Source: an uncultured Gammaproteobacteria bacterium
Lineage (GTDB): Bacteria > Patescibacteriota > Microgenomatia > UBA8517
Assembly (NCBI GenBank): GCA_964645605.1
Contig: CAZYCE010000005.1
Coordinates: forward strand, 362-64,361
Reading direction: 5' to 3'
DNA: 64,000 nucleotides
The notes under the pieces: generated by a model
Seen by the model: the letters and a program-made list of their open reading frames with translations, nothing else
Told to the model about the DNA's origin: nothing
Database searches by the model: none
In this document: positions 17,621 to 26,369 of the stretch, piece by piece
Numbering within the stretch: position 1 is the first letter of the stretch
Layout of the letters: every line of letters starts with the position of its first letter
Program-made: the position numbers and the translations under genes

Positions 17621-17870
17621 AGGAAATCTAGGTAATACAAACAACTTAATGGATTTCGGATCGTGATTAACTGCAGTTCAAAAATTAAGAAGCCAGAATT
17701 TAGAAGACAATTTCCAAGAAAGGTTGAAATAATAAAAAATATTCTTTCTAAAGATAGCTAACTCTTTCAAAATCCGCCTGACGACTAATTTATACGCAAC
17801 AAATACCTTTATCGAATTTGCTGCTAACTATCTTTTGAAACCTAAACAAATACTGATACCGAGTACCTAA

Positions 17871-18131
17871 TTACTGTCTTGGTTCCATGGGTCTTGCCAC
17901 ATTGACATTAATCTTACGGCCTTTAAGCTCGTACTGATTAAATTTCTCAATAGCTGCTTGTGCTTCTGCGTCGCTACTCATGGTAACGAATCCGAAACCT
18001 CTGCTTCTACCGGTCATTTTATCTGAAATGACTGCGGCATCAGCAACTGTTCCTGCGCCAGCAAACAAAGCCTTGAGATCATCGGCATTTACTTCCCATG
18101 ACAAATTACCAACAAAAAGTTTGGATTGCAT
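17871..18131 (-). CDS. RRM-type RNA-binding protein (RbpA-like)
   Basis: RNP2 'LFVGNL' and RNP1 'RGFGFVTM'. 86 aa. Strong SD AAGGAGGTGA lies upstream of the ATG. Confidence 0.8.
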   Translation of the reverse strand: MQSKLFVGNLSWEVNADDLKALFAGAGTVADAAVISDKMTGRSRGFGFVTMSSDAEAQAAIEKFNQYELKGRKINVNVARPMEPRQ

Positions 18132-18249
18132 TGATTTAAAAAATTTTCACCTCCTTTTTAATTGAAGTCTGAACAAAGGCGGAGTGCTCTAACCAAAATC
18201 TCGCTATCCCTTGAAAACTCTGTGCATAGTATATAATAATTTATACAAA

Positions 18250-18450
18250 ATGACAAATAGCGGAAGTAGTTCTAAACAAAAAGTTTCGGAAGCACCAATA
18301 CCCAAAATCCCAAGCCTGGGATTCGGCTTCAAAAGGCCCTCGATATTTTCCGGAAATGCGAGATTTACACCGAAAGGTTCTCCGCACTCTAAATTTAATC
18401 AGGCTACATTCCACACCCAGCATAAAGGCGGCACCTCCGGGGGAAAATAA
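18250..18450 (+). CDS. Small Gly/Ser/Pro-rich basic hypothetical protein (66 aa), doubtful
   Basis: The ORF track begins at 18211 inside a TATATAAT -10-like box, so ATG 18250 is more plausible. No SD and low complexity. Confidence 0.25.
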   Translation: MTNSGSSSKQKVSEAPIPKIPSLGFGFKRPSIFSGNARFTPKGSPHSKFNQATFHTQHKGGTSGGK

Positions 18451-18495
18451 TATCTTCTAATTTACAATTCGGCGTTTACAATTTACAATTGCACC

Positions 18496-19377
18496 ATGAC
18501 CGAGAAAATTACGTCAGTTGTCGCCAGGGAGGATAACGGCAACATTCAAATAACTTTTACTATTCCCTATTCTGAAATTAAGGCTGCGCAGGATGAGGTT
18601 ATCAAGGAATTTGCAAAAGATACCGAAATTCCGGGATTCCGCAAAGGCATGGCTCCTCTTGATAAAGTAAAGGAGAAAATACCCCAAAGTACCCTTGTAG
18701 AACATTCCTTAAGTCATGTTTTACCCAAAGCCCTTTCTGAAGCTATTACAGAAAATAAGCTACAAATAGCAATTTACCCCAAATTCGAACTTATCAGCGC
18801 TAAAGAAGGAGAAAACTGGCAAATAAGAGCTGTCACTTGTGAACTTCCCAAGGTAGAACTGGGCGATTATAAAAAAATTGTTGCTGGCGCTTCACGCGCC
18901 TCCAATCTTTGGATACCCGACAAAGGTAAACCCGAAGATAAAAAAGAACCTTCCCGTGAGCAAAAGGAACAAACCGTGATGAAGGCACTGCTAGATAATA
19001 TTAAGGTCAATATCCCTCAAATTTTGATTGAGGAGGAGGCTGACAGCAGAATTTCAAACTTGTTATCAAGGCTGGAAAAGCTTGGCCTTGCCCTTGAAAG
19101 TTATCTATCATCAATCGGCAAAAAGGCTGAGGATCTCCGAGCCGACTATGCAAATCAAGCCCGTGAGGCCATCGCCCTGGATTTAATTTTGTCCGAAATA
19201 GCAAAAGAGGAAAATATAAAAATAGAAGAGAATGAAATAGAGGACGCACTTAAAATGTCTGAGGTGGGTCAAGATAAAAAGACCGAAAATGCGGATGAAA
19301 TTGAGAATAAAAAAAGGCTTATGGAATCAATTTTAAAGCGAAGGGCTGCTCTAGATTTGTTGATTAATCTAAGCTAA
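18496..19377 (+). CDS. tig: Trigger factor, short form lacking the PPIase domain
   Basis: The N-terminal ribosome-binding domain carries the signature 'GFRKGMAP' (GFRxGxxP). The C-terminal chaperone arm is present, and 293 aa leaves no room for the FKBP domain. Confidence 0.8.
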   Translation: MTEKITSVVAREDNGNIQITFTIPYSEIKAAQDEVIKEFAKDTEIPGFRKGMAPLDKVKEKIPQSTLVEHSLSHVLPKALSEAITENKLQIAIYPKFELISAKEGENWQIRAVTCELPKVELGDYKKIVAGASRASNLWIPDKGKPEDKKEPSREQKEQTVMKALLDNIKVNIPQILIEEEADSRISNLLSRLEKLGLALESYLSSIGKKAEDLRADYANQAREAIALDLILSEIAKEENIKIEENEIEDALKMSEVGQDKKTENADEIENKKRLMESILKRRAALDLLINLS

Positions 19378-19396
19378 AGAGTTAAACTCGTGCCAA

Positions 19397-20026
19397 ATGG
19401 CGGATATAAAAAAGAAGAATCAAACTCTAATTACTCGCCGGAATGTTCTGGAATCCCTTAAGGACCTCGGAGAAGACTCTGTTGCCCAGACAAGTGATTT
19501 TATTAAAAACACATCGGAAGACTTTATAAGTGAACTCCTAGGTCTTTCTACCAAAAACACCAAAAGGTCGGGGGAGCTTTCAGCTGGCGAGACTCTTGAC
19601 ATTGGAAACGTATTAGACGGAAAAGAAGAGCAAAATGCAAAAGTACGTAAACAAGCTAAATTTGAAAATTCTCTATTAATGGAGGAGGCTAAAGCTTCCC
19701 GTGACAAAAGTTTGGAGCTTAAAATTCAACTTCAGGCAATTATGCAGGAGATTAAAAAAGTATCGGAAAGCACTCAGAATTTAGCTGAGGCAACTGCCGC
19801 CGGCATGATTTCGGCTCCCGTAGAGCCCGGGATCTATCACATTGGTCTTTTTGAAAGTATCCTGGAATTTTTGCAATCTTTTCGAAAAAGAGTCAACTTG
19901 GCTGCAACATGGCTCCAATCAACCAATAAAAGAGCGGAAAAGAAAAACTTTTGGGCACAATATCACAAAAAAGGCACTAGTTTTCTTCTTAATCCAGAAA
20001 GTTACTCCCAAAGATCTGCCGGCTGA
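19397..20026 (+). CDS. Hypothetical protein (209 aa)
   Basis: ORF immediately downstream of tig on the same strand. Charged, coiled-coil-like middle region. No recognisable motif. Confidence 0.4.
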   Translation: MADIKKKNQTLITRRNVLESLKDLGEDSVAQTSDFIKNTSEDFISELLGLSTKNTKRSGELSAGETLDIGNVLDGKEEQNAKVRKQAKFENSLLMEEAKASRDKSLELKIQLQAIMQEIKKVSESTQNLAEATAAGMISAPVEPGIYHIGLFESILEFLQSFRKRVNLAATWLQSTNKRAEKKNFWAQYHKKGTSFLLNPESYSQRSAG

Positions 20027-20042
20027 TTCTAGTGGACGCTAA

Positions 20043-20116
20043 GGGACTCGAACCCCTGACCTCATTCACGTCAAGAATGCGCTCTAACCAACTGAGCTAA
20101 GCGTCCTAATGTGCAA
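20043..20116 (-). tRNA. tRNA-Val (anticodon GAC)
   Basis: Acceptor GGACGCT/AGCGTCC, D arm identical to tRNA-Val(TAC), anticodon stem CATTC/GAATG with loop TTGACGT. Confidence 0.85.
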
Positions 20117-20191
20117 GTCCGCTTCGTCCAAAGCGACGTAAACGCACGGTATGGCTATTATAAACGAATCCTGATAAATCTTCAAAACTGG

Positions 20192-20719
20192 TCAGGGAAG
20201 GCAGTTTGGCCAGATCCCCCCTTTGTTCTCGCTTACCGCGTATGCTGCCGTCTGAACGGCTTCTTCTGCGTTGTAGCGAAGGTCGGGATTAACATCCTCC
20301 CCGAATTCTTTTCTTAAATTTTTCCAGGCAGTGACTCCGAATTGGTATAGGCCTGCGTATCCCGCATTTGATGCCATTTGATCAAACCCAGATTCACATA
20401 GGGCTATATACCTTAAAACGTCAGAGCTTACGCCGTATTGTGCCGCAAATCTATCTATTAACCCATTTATTTCCTGCGATGAAAAAGTTGGTTGGGGGAT
20501 AGGCGTTGGTGTTTTTGTTGGTTTGGGTGTTGGGGACTTTGTGGGAACCGGGGTCGGAATTTCTGTGGGGGTGGGGGATGGTGTCATTGTTGGAATAGGA
20601 ATCGAGGTAGCTTGTAAAGATAGAACTTTTGAATCTGCTGCGTCCTCCCTTATTATCCTAATAACAACCAACTCCCCGAAAACAACCAAAAGTAATAATC
20701 CCAGAATAGTATTTTTCAT
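20192..20719 (-). CDS. Lytic transglycosylase (SLT family 1 domain) with N-terminal anchor and Pro/Thr-rich linker
   Basis: 'IALCESGFD' (ES catalytic motif) and 'AGYAGLYQF' (GLMQ-like) fall in a C-terminal block of about 110 aa. The N-terminal hydrophobic helix is followed by TPTPxP repeats. Confidence 0.75.
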   Translation of the reverse strand: MKNTILGLLLLVVFGELVVIRIIREDAADSKVLSLQATSIPIPTMTPSPTPTEIPTPVPTKSPTPKPTKTPTPIPQPTFSSQEINGLIDRFAAQYGVSSDVLRYIALCESGFDQMASNAGYAGLYQFGVTAWKNLRKEFGEDVNPDLRYNAEEAVQTAAYAVSENKGGIWPNCLP

Positions 20720-20968
20720 GCAAATATTTTACCACTCTGATAACTTAAGCGTTTTTTAAGACTTGTGCTTTATAGTGGCTATTAGTTGGAAAGGAAAACA
20801 CATTAAAATGTGGCACACTTTAAAAGAAAGTGTAAGCCAAGTTAATTTATAAAATTAAATCTTTTCTAAATATTTGTACGCCTAAATTCAATCTTAGTTT
20901 TATTATATCCGGTTGAAGAATTGGTAATACAAATCCAGAAAATGATTTATTTTAGATCAGGTTCGTTC

Positions 20969-21008
20969 ATGCGACTCCTGCGATCCGGCGGGAGTCGCAT
21001 TTTAGTTT
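20969..21008. terminator. Hairpin terminator (10-bp perfect stem ATGCGACTCC/GGAGTCGCAT, 12-nt loop) downstream of mscL
   Basis: A perfect inverted repeat sits immediately 3' of the mscL stop on the minus strand. A T-run (TTTAGTTT) is on the plus side, so it is possibly bidirectional. Confidence 0.5.
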
Positions 21009-21362
21009 CTACTTCTTTTTATCAAGCCCATCCAATTTCAAGAGAGTAACTCCAAAATAAACAACTAAGGCCACCACCACGAAGTTTATTAGGGTACTAA
21101 TGAAATCTCCCCACATCAATTTTGAGCTTCCGATCGCCAAATATGCATTCTCGAGATTTCCCAATCTACCAATTACAAGCCCCAGAAGTGGGTTAATAAG
21201 ATCCGTTACAATTGATGCAACCAATTTGGAGACTGCACCGCCTAAAATAAACCCGACCGCCAACCCTATCACGCCTTGCTCACGAATAAATTGTATAAAT
21301 CCTTTCAAGTGTTTGTCACCTCCTATATCATTCCCTTCTTGCCCTATCTTACGAAAATCCAA
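21009..21362 (-). CDS. mscL: Large-conductance mechanosensitive channel
   Basis: 'GVIGLAVGFILGGAVSKLVASIVTDLINPLLG' matches the MscL TM1 signature (NV-DLAVGVIIG-AF--IV-S-V-DIIMP). 117 aa. Confidence 0.8.
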   Translation of the reverse strand: MDFRKIGQEGNDIGGDKHLKGFIQFIREQGVIGLAVGFILGGAVSKLVASIVTDLINPLLGLVIGRLGNLENAYLAIGSSKLMWGDFISTLINFVVVALVVYFGVTLLKLDGLDKKK

Positions 21363-22126
21363 AAAAGAGCCGCAAGGATAATCCTGTAAATTCCAAATAC
21401 AGTGAAATTATGCTTCTTCACAAAACTGATCAAAAATTTGATCGCCAACATTGCAAAAACAAACGAAAGAGCCGTGCCGATAATAAGCGTTAAGGTTCCC
21501 GACTTCGTAATAAATTGCCTTGATTCATAAATATCCAAAGCCGAGGCTGCAAACATAGTGGGAACTGCCAAAAGAAAGGAAAACTCCGTAGCTGTGGGCC
21601 GATTTAGACCAGTAGTTAATCCTCCAATAATTGTGGATGCCGCCCTGGACATTCCGGGGATAACGGAAAGACATTGAAAACAACCTATCAAAAAGGCTTT
21701 CTTGTAGGTAATTTTTTCGTAATCTATCTTATTATCAATCACACTGCCTTTATTTTTCTTTTTGAGAATATACTCAATTAAAATCAAGGCAATGCCGCCC
21801 CAAAAAAGGGCATTAAGTGTTATCAGCGAACTCCCTAATAGAAAATTTTTGATAAAAGGGTAAAGCAAAAGTCCGATAATTCCTGTAGGAATAAAGGCAA
21901 TTATTAACTTTTTGATGAGTTTAATATCAAAAAACCTTCTTGTATATAAAACCACAACTGCCAAAATTGCCCCCAGTTGAATTACTATTTCAAATGTTTT
22001 GACAAAATTTGTTTCGGTAATTCCCAAAAGCTTTGAGGCAAGGATTAGATGTCCCGTTGAAGAAATCGGAAGAAACTCGGTTAAACCCTCTATTATTGAG
22101 AGTATAAAAACATGCAAAAAACTCAT
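21344..22126 (-). CDS. uppP: Undecaprenyl-diphosphatase
   Basis: 'IIEGLTEFLPISSTGHL' (BacA/UppP signature) and a multi-TM profile. The start is trimmed to ATG at complement 22124..22126 (MSFLHV). The ORF-track extension to 22495 crosses a tRNA gene. Confidence 0.85.
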   Translation of the reverse strand: MSFLHVFILSIIEGLTEFLPISSTGHLILASKLLGITETNFVKTFEIVIQLGAILAVVVLYTRRFFDIKLIKKLIIAFIPTGIIGLLLYPFIKNFLLGSSLITLNALFWGGIALILIEYILKKKNKGSVIDNKIDYEKITYKKAFLIGCFQCLSVIPGMSRAASTIIGGLTTGLNRPTATEFSFLLAVPTMFAASALDIYESRQFITKSGTLTLIIGTALSFVFAMLAIKFLISFVKKHNFTVFGIYRIILAALFWIFVR

Positions 22127-22277
22127 GAAATTAAGTATAGTCAATTCCGAAACAAGATTAAAGATGATATAATTATCACTTGCCGCCACCAAAATCCGTA
22201 TGGGTTTTGAAAGGAGAAACAACGAAGCGAAAAGTAAAGGCCTAAGCTTTTGAGAGATGTGTGGTTTGTTTCGACAC

Positions 22278-22348
22278 GGGCTCGTGGTATACCGGTAACA
22301 CGCTTCCATGGCATGGAAGAGTAGCGGGTCCAATTCCCGCCGAGTCCA
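22278..22348 (+). tRNA. tRNA-Ala (anticodon GGC) with G3:U70 identity pair
   Basis: Acceptor GGGCTCG/CGAGTCC (G3-U70 wobble), anticodon stem CTTCC/GGAAG with loop ATGGCAT, 4-nt variable loop, T arm GCGGG-TCCAATT-CCCGC. Local GC is elevated relative to the flanks. Confidence 0.8.
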
Positions 22349-22469
22349 CTCTTCGCCCCTTGGGCTAGGAGGTGTCCGGCCGCCGGATTCCGGAAGATTA
22401 TCCCTAAAAAAGATGTGACAAGGTGGGGCTTCTACAATCCAAATTAAGTTGTATAATACACTATAAGAT

Positions 22470-24281
22470 ATGGAAATACGAAATGTTGCTATCATTGCTC
22501 ACGTTGATCACGGTAAAACAACCTTGGTTGACGCACTTCTCCGTCAATCTCATACCGAAATGAAAAAGGAGATCGCAGAGCAGGACACAATTTTAGATTC
22601 AAATGAACTTGAGCGGGAGCGCGGAATTACTATATTTTCCAAAAATGCCTCAGTTGAGTGGAAAGGCGTAAAAATAAATATTATCGACACTCCAGGACAC
22701 GCCGATTTTGGGGGCGAGGTGGAGCGCGTTCTTTCTATGGCCGATGGAGCCCTTCTTTTGGTTGATGCTAAGGAAGGACCCATGCCCCAAACCAGATTTG
22801 TACTCAGAGAGGCCTTAAAGCTTGGTCTTAAAATCATTGTCGTTGTCAATAAAATCGATAAGAAGGGCGCCAGACCTGACTGGGTTCATGGAAAAACTTT
22901 CGATCTTTTTGTCGAACTTGGCGCAAGTGAAGAAATTGCCTTATTTCCGGTTATTTTTGCCTCAGGCCGCGACGGTAAAGCCGGACTAACTCCCGATCTG
23001 ACCCAAATGACCGATATTACGCCTGTTTTTGACGCGATCTTAAAATACATTCCCGCTCCCGCGATAAATTCCGACAAACCCCTTCAAATGCTTGTCAGTA
23101 ATATTACCTATGACAATTACAAAGGAAGGATCGCAATAGGAAAAATCCATTCCGGAAATATTAAAAACGGACAGGACATCATTCATATTAACCGCGACGG
23201 TCTAAATAAAAAATATAAAATCACGTCCCTTTTTACTTTTAAAGGTTTGGGTAAAATTGAAGAAGAAGAAGCTCTGGCGGGGGATATTGTTGCCGTAAGC
23301 GGAATTCCGGATGTTAATATCGGTGAAACTATTGCCGACCCGGTCAACCCCGTCCCTTTGCCTTTAATTGATATCGAGCAACCGACTGTCAAAATGATTT
23401 TTAAAGTCAACGATTCGCCCTTTGCCGGAAAAGAGGGAGAGTTTAAAACCAGCAGCCAGCTCCGAGTTCGGCTTTATAAAGAACTTGAAACGGATGTAGC
23501 CCTAAAAGTTGAGGACAACAGTGACGGAACATGGACGGTCTCAGGGCGAGGAGAACTTCATTTGGCCATACTTATTGAAAGAATGAGAAGGGAGGGCTAT
23601 GAGTTTCAAGTAAGCCGTCCCCACGTTATTAACCATATTGTTGACGGAAAAACCATGACGCCGTTTGAAAAAGTGTATATTGAGGTCCCCGAGGAACACT
23701 CAGGTGTCGTCATCCAAAAAATGGGACAAAGACACGCAAAAATGGATAATCTGGAAACAACTGAAGGAATTACATATTTGGAATTTACAGTCGCCACCAA
23801 GGAACTTATCGGATTCAGAAGTGAATTCATAACCGACACAAAAGGGCTTGGAATAATGAATTCCGCATTTTATGAATTTCTCCCTGATGACGGATTTGCA
23901 CGCGAAAGAGATCGGGGAAGTATGGTTGCTTATGAAACGGGAGAAACCAGGCTTTATGGGATGACACAGGTTCAGGATCAAGGTGAATTTTTTGTCGGAC
24001 CCGCTGAAAAAGTTTACAAAGGGCAGGTTATCGGGCAATGCAATAGAACGGGAGACTTACGTGTAAACGCCTGTAAAGAGAAAAAACTTAGCAATATGAG
24101 AAGTAAGGGTGAGGGTACAATGGAACATTTTAACGCTCCACACAGAATGGGACTTGAGGAAGCCTTGGAATATATTGATGACACGGAGCTTGTCGAAGTA
24201 ACTCCAAAATCAATAAGAATCAGAAAGATCATTCTCGATGAGGTAGAAGCCAGAAAAGCCGCCAAATTGGCTAAACATTAA
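22470..24281 (+). CDS. typA: Translational GTPase TypA/BipA
   Basis: G domain 'AIIAHVDHGKTTLVD' and 'DTPGHADF'. EF-G-like domains II-V without domain IV insertion. 603 aa. Confidence 0.9.
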   Translation: MEIRNVAIIAHVDHGKTTLVDALLRQSHTEMKKEIAEQDTILDSNELERERGITIFSKNASVEWKGVKINIIDTPGHADFGGEVERVLSMADGALLLVDAKEGPMPQTRFVLREALKLGLKIIVVVNKIDKKGARPDWVHGKTFDLFVELGASEEIALFPVIFASGRDGKAGLTPDLTQMTDITPVFDAILKYIPAPAINSDKPLQMLVSNITYDNYKGRIAIGKIHSGNIKNGQDIIHINRDGLNKKYKITSLFTFKGLGKIEEEEALAGDIVAVSGIPDVNIGETIADPVNPVPLPLIDIEQPTVKMIFKVNDSPFAGKEGEFKTSSQLRVRLYKELETDVALKVEDNSDGTWTVSGRGELHLAILIERMRREGYEFQVSRPHVINHIVDGKTMTPFEKVYIEVPEEHSGVVIQKMGQRHAKMDNLETTEGITYLEFTVATKELIGFRSEFITDTKGLGIMNSAFYEFLPDDGFARERDRGSMVAYETGETRLYGMTQVQDQGEFFVGPAEKVYKGQVIGQCNRTGDLRVNACKEKKLSNMRSKGEGTMEHFNAPHRMGLEEALEYIDDTELVEVTPKSIRIRKIILDEVEARKAAKLAKH

Positions 24282-24291
24282 ATAAAAACTT

Positions 24292-24306
24292 ACACCCCGC
24301 GGGTGT
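24292..24306 (+). terminator. Short hairpin (ACACCC-CGC-GGGTGT) after typA; weak U-tract
   Basis: 6-bp stem with 3-nt loop, 10 nt after the typA stop, followed by a T-rich stretch. Confidence 0.35.
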
Positions 24307-24559
24307 CAGAATATTTGACTTCGGCTCGAAATTAAGATAAATTAATATCGGATAGTTAAATTTTCCGCGTTTTTAAATCGAACCAACCAATCGATAAGCG
24401 GAGCGTAGTACCGACGAAACGGTAAAAAATTAAGTCACCAAGTAGTTTGGATGGGACCTCTCCGGAGTCGGGGATCCAGATGAAAATAGGTGGCTTTTTT
24501 AGTTTTATGAGTTTAGAATTTACATACTGGGGATTGATTGAAAATTAGAAATTAGTATT

Positions 24560-26314
24560 TTGAAATTTATGGAAAATTTGAGGAATTTAGAGAATTTGAG
24601 GCATTCCTGTTCGCATCTTATGGCAGCCGCCGTTTTGGAGTTGTGGCCGAATGTCAAATTAACTCTTGGGCCTGCCATTGAAGACGGTTTTTATTATGAT
24701 GTCGATTTTGGAGACATTAAAATATCCGATATTGACCTTCCCAAAATTGAGGAAAAAATGCACGAGATTGTAAAATCTTGGACATCCTTTGAAAAAAGAG
24801 TCTTAACCAAGGAAGAAGCACTCGAGGAATTTAAAGGCAATGAATATAAAAAGGAACTAATTAATGAGCATTCTAAAGACAGTGATGGGTTGACAGTCTA
24901 TCGGTCGGGAAATTTCCGGGACCTTTGCCGCGGTGGACATGTTGAGCGTCCAGACAAAGAACTTAAATATTTCAAATTGCTTTCGGTGGCAGGAGCTTAC
25001 TGGCGGGGAGATGAAAAAAACAAAATGTTAACCCGTATTTACGGCACAATATTTCCTACACAAGAAGAACTGGATGGGTATGTGGCTTTGAAAGAAGAGG
25101 CTAAGAAAAGGGACCACCGAAAAATAGGTAAAGACCTAAATCTGTATTTATTATCAGAGGAAGTCGGCCAGGGATTATTACTTCTTAAGCCGAACGGGGC
25201 AATTATCAGAAGGGAGATTGAGAATCTTATTGTTACTGAACAAACAAAGCGTGGTTACCAGCATGTTTACACTCCTCACATAGGCAGAAAACAATTATGG
25301 AAAACTTCGGGCCACTGGGATCTTTATAGGGACAAAATGTATGCTCCCATGAAAGTTGATGACGATGAATATCTGGTTAAACCCATGAATTGTCCGTTCC
25401 ATATGATGATCTACAAGTCACAACCAAGAAGTTACAGAGAACTTCCGCTTAGGTTGGCGGAAATCGCAACAGTTTACCGATACGAACAGCCGGGAGAACT
25501 CTCCGGAATGCTCAGGGTAAGACACATAACACAGGATGATTCACATATTTTCTGTAGGGAAAATCAGGTTGTTGATGAATTTATCGGCGTTTTTGATTAC
25601 ACCATTTTTTTGCTCAAGACTTTCGGGCTTAGCAATTTTTATCTCAGGTTGGGGTTAAGGTCACCTAAAGAGAAATATCTTGGAAATGACGTCGTATGGG
25701 ACAAGGCAGAAAAAGAAATTGTCAAAGCAATTGAAAAAAGAGGTTTAGAATTTGTCAAAAGCGAGGGGGATGCTGCCTTCTACGGACCGAAGCTTGATGT
25801 TATTATCAAAGATTCATTAGGTCGCGAATGGCAGTGTGGAACTATTCAGGTGGACTTTATGCTCCCGGAAAGGTTCGGTCTTGAATATATAAATGAAAAG
25901 GGAGAAATAGAGAGACCCGCTCTTATTCACAGAGCACCCTTAGGGTCCCTTGAAAGGTTTATGGCAATTTTAATTGAAAATTACGCAGGAAATTTTCCAA
26001 CCTGGCTTACACCCGTGCAAGTTAAAGTCCTTCCAATTACCGAAAAACACCTTGATTATGCAAGGACTGTACTTGCCAGCCTCAAGAGTGTGGGAATTAG
26101 AGCGGAGATTGACGATAAGAATGAGCGTTTACAGGCCAAAATAAGGAACGCTCAATTAGAAAAGGTCTCATACATGTTTATAGTCGGAGACCGCGAACAA
26201 GAAGCTAATAAGGTTGCGGTACGAAAGCGAAACGGAGAAGACCTGGGATCTAAAGATCTGGAGAATTTTATAAAAGCTTTAAAGAAAGAAATTGACGAGA
26301 AGACAATCGTTTAA
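24560..26314 (+). CDS. thrS: Threonyl-tRNA synthetase (lacks the N-terminal TGS/N1 domain)
   Basis: N2 editing-domain motif 'HSCSHLMAAAVLELWP', class II core with 'RDHRKIGKDLNL', motifs 2 and 3, and a C-terminal anticodon-binding domain. Confidence 0.9.
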   Translation: MKFMENLRNLENLRHSCSHLMAAAVLELWPNVKLTLGPAIEDGFYYDVDFGDIKISDIDLPKIEEKMHEIVKSWTSFEKRVLTKEEALEEFKGNEYKKELINEHSKDSDGLTVYRSGNFRDLCRGGHVERPDKELKYFKLLSVAGAYWRGDEKNKMLTRIYGTIFPTQEELDGYVALKEEAKKRDHRKIGKDLNLYLLSEEVGQGLLLLKPNGAIIRREIENLIVTEQTKRGYQHVYTPHIGRKQLWKTSGHWDLYRDKMYAPMKVDDDEYLVKPMNCPFHMMIYKSQPRSYRELPLRLAEIATVYRYEQPGELSGMLRVRHITQDDSHIFCRENQVVDEFIGVFDYTIFLLKTFGLSNFYLRLGLRSPKEKYLGNDVVWDKAEKEIVKAIEKRGLEFVKSEGDAAFYGPKLDVIIKDSLGREWQCGTIQVDFMLPERFGLEYINEKGEIERPALIHRAPLGSLERFMAILIENYAGNFPTWLTPVQVKVLPITEKHLDYARTVLASLKSVGIRAEIDDKNERLQAKIRNAQLEKVSYMFIVGDREQEANKVAVRKRNGEDLGSKDLENFIKALKKEIDEKTIV

Positions 26315-26369
26315 CTTGTTCTTGTATAAACTTACTTTTTTAGATACAATTCACATATAAGTTAAAGCT

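Noticed and set aside
18461-18490. Possible CRISPR array from the TTTACAATT repeats
   Set aside because: The repeats are 7-9 nt, have no spacers of CRISPR size, and no cas genes are present. No CRISPR array is present anywhere in the window.
22127-22495. N-terminal 123 codons of ORF 21344..22495
   Set aside because: Contains a complete tRNA-Ala gene on the opposite strand and GC-rich non-coding sequence. UppP homolog similarity starts at MSFLHV.
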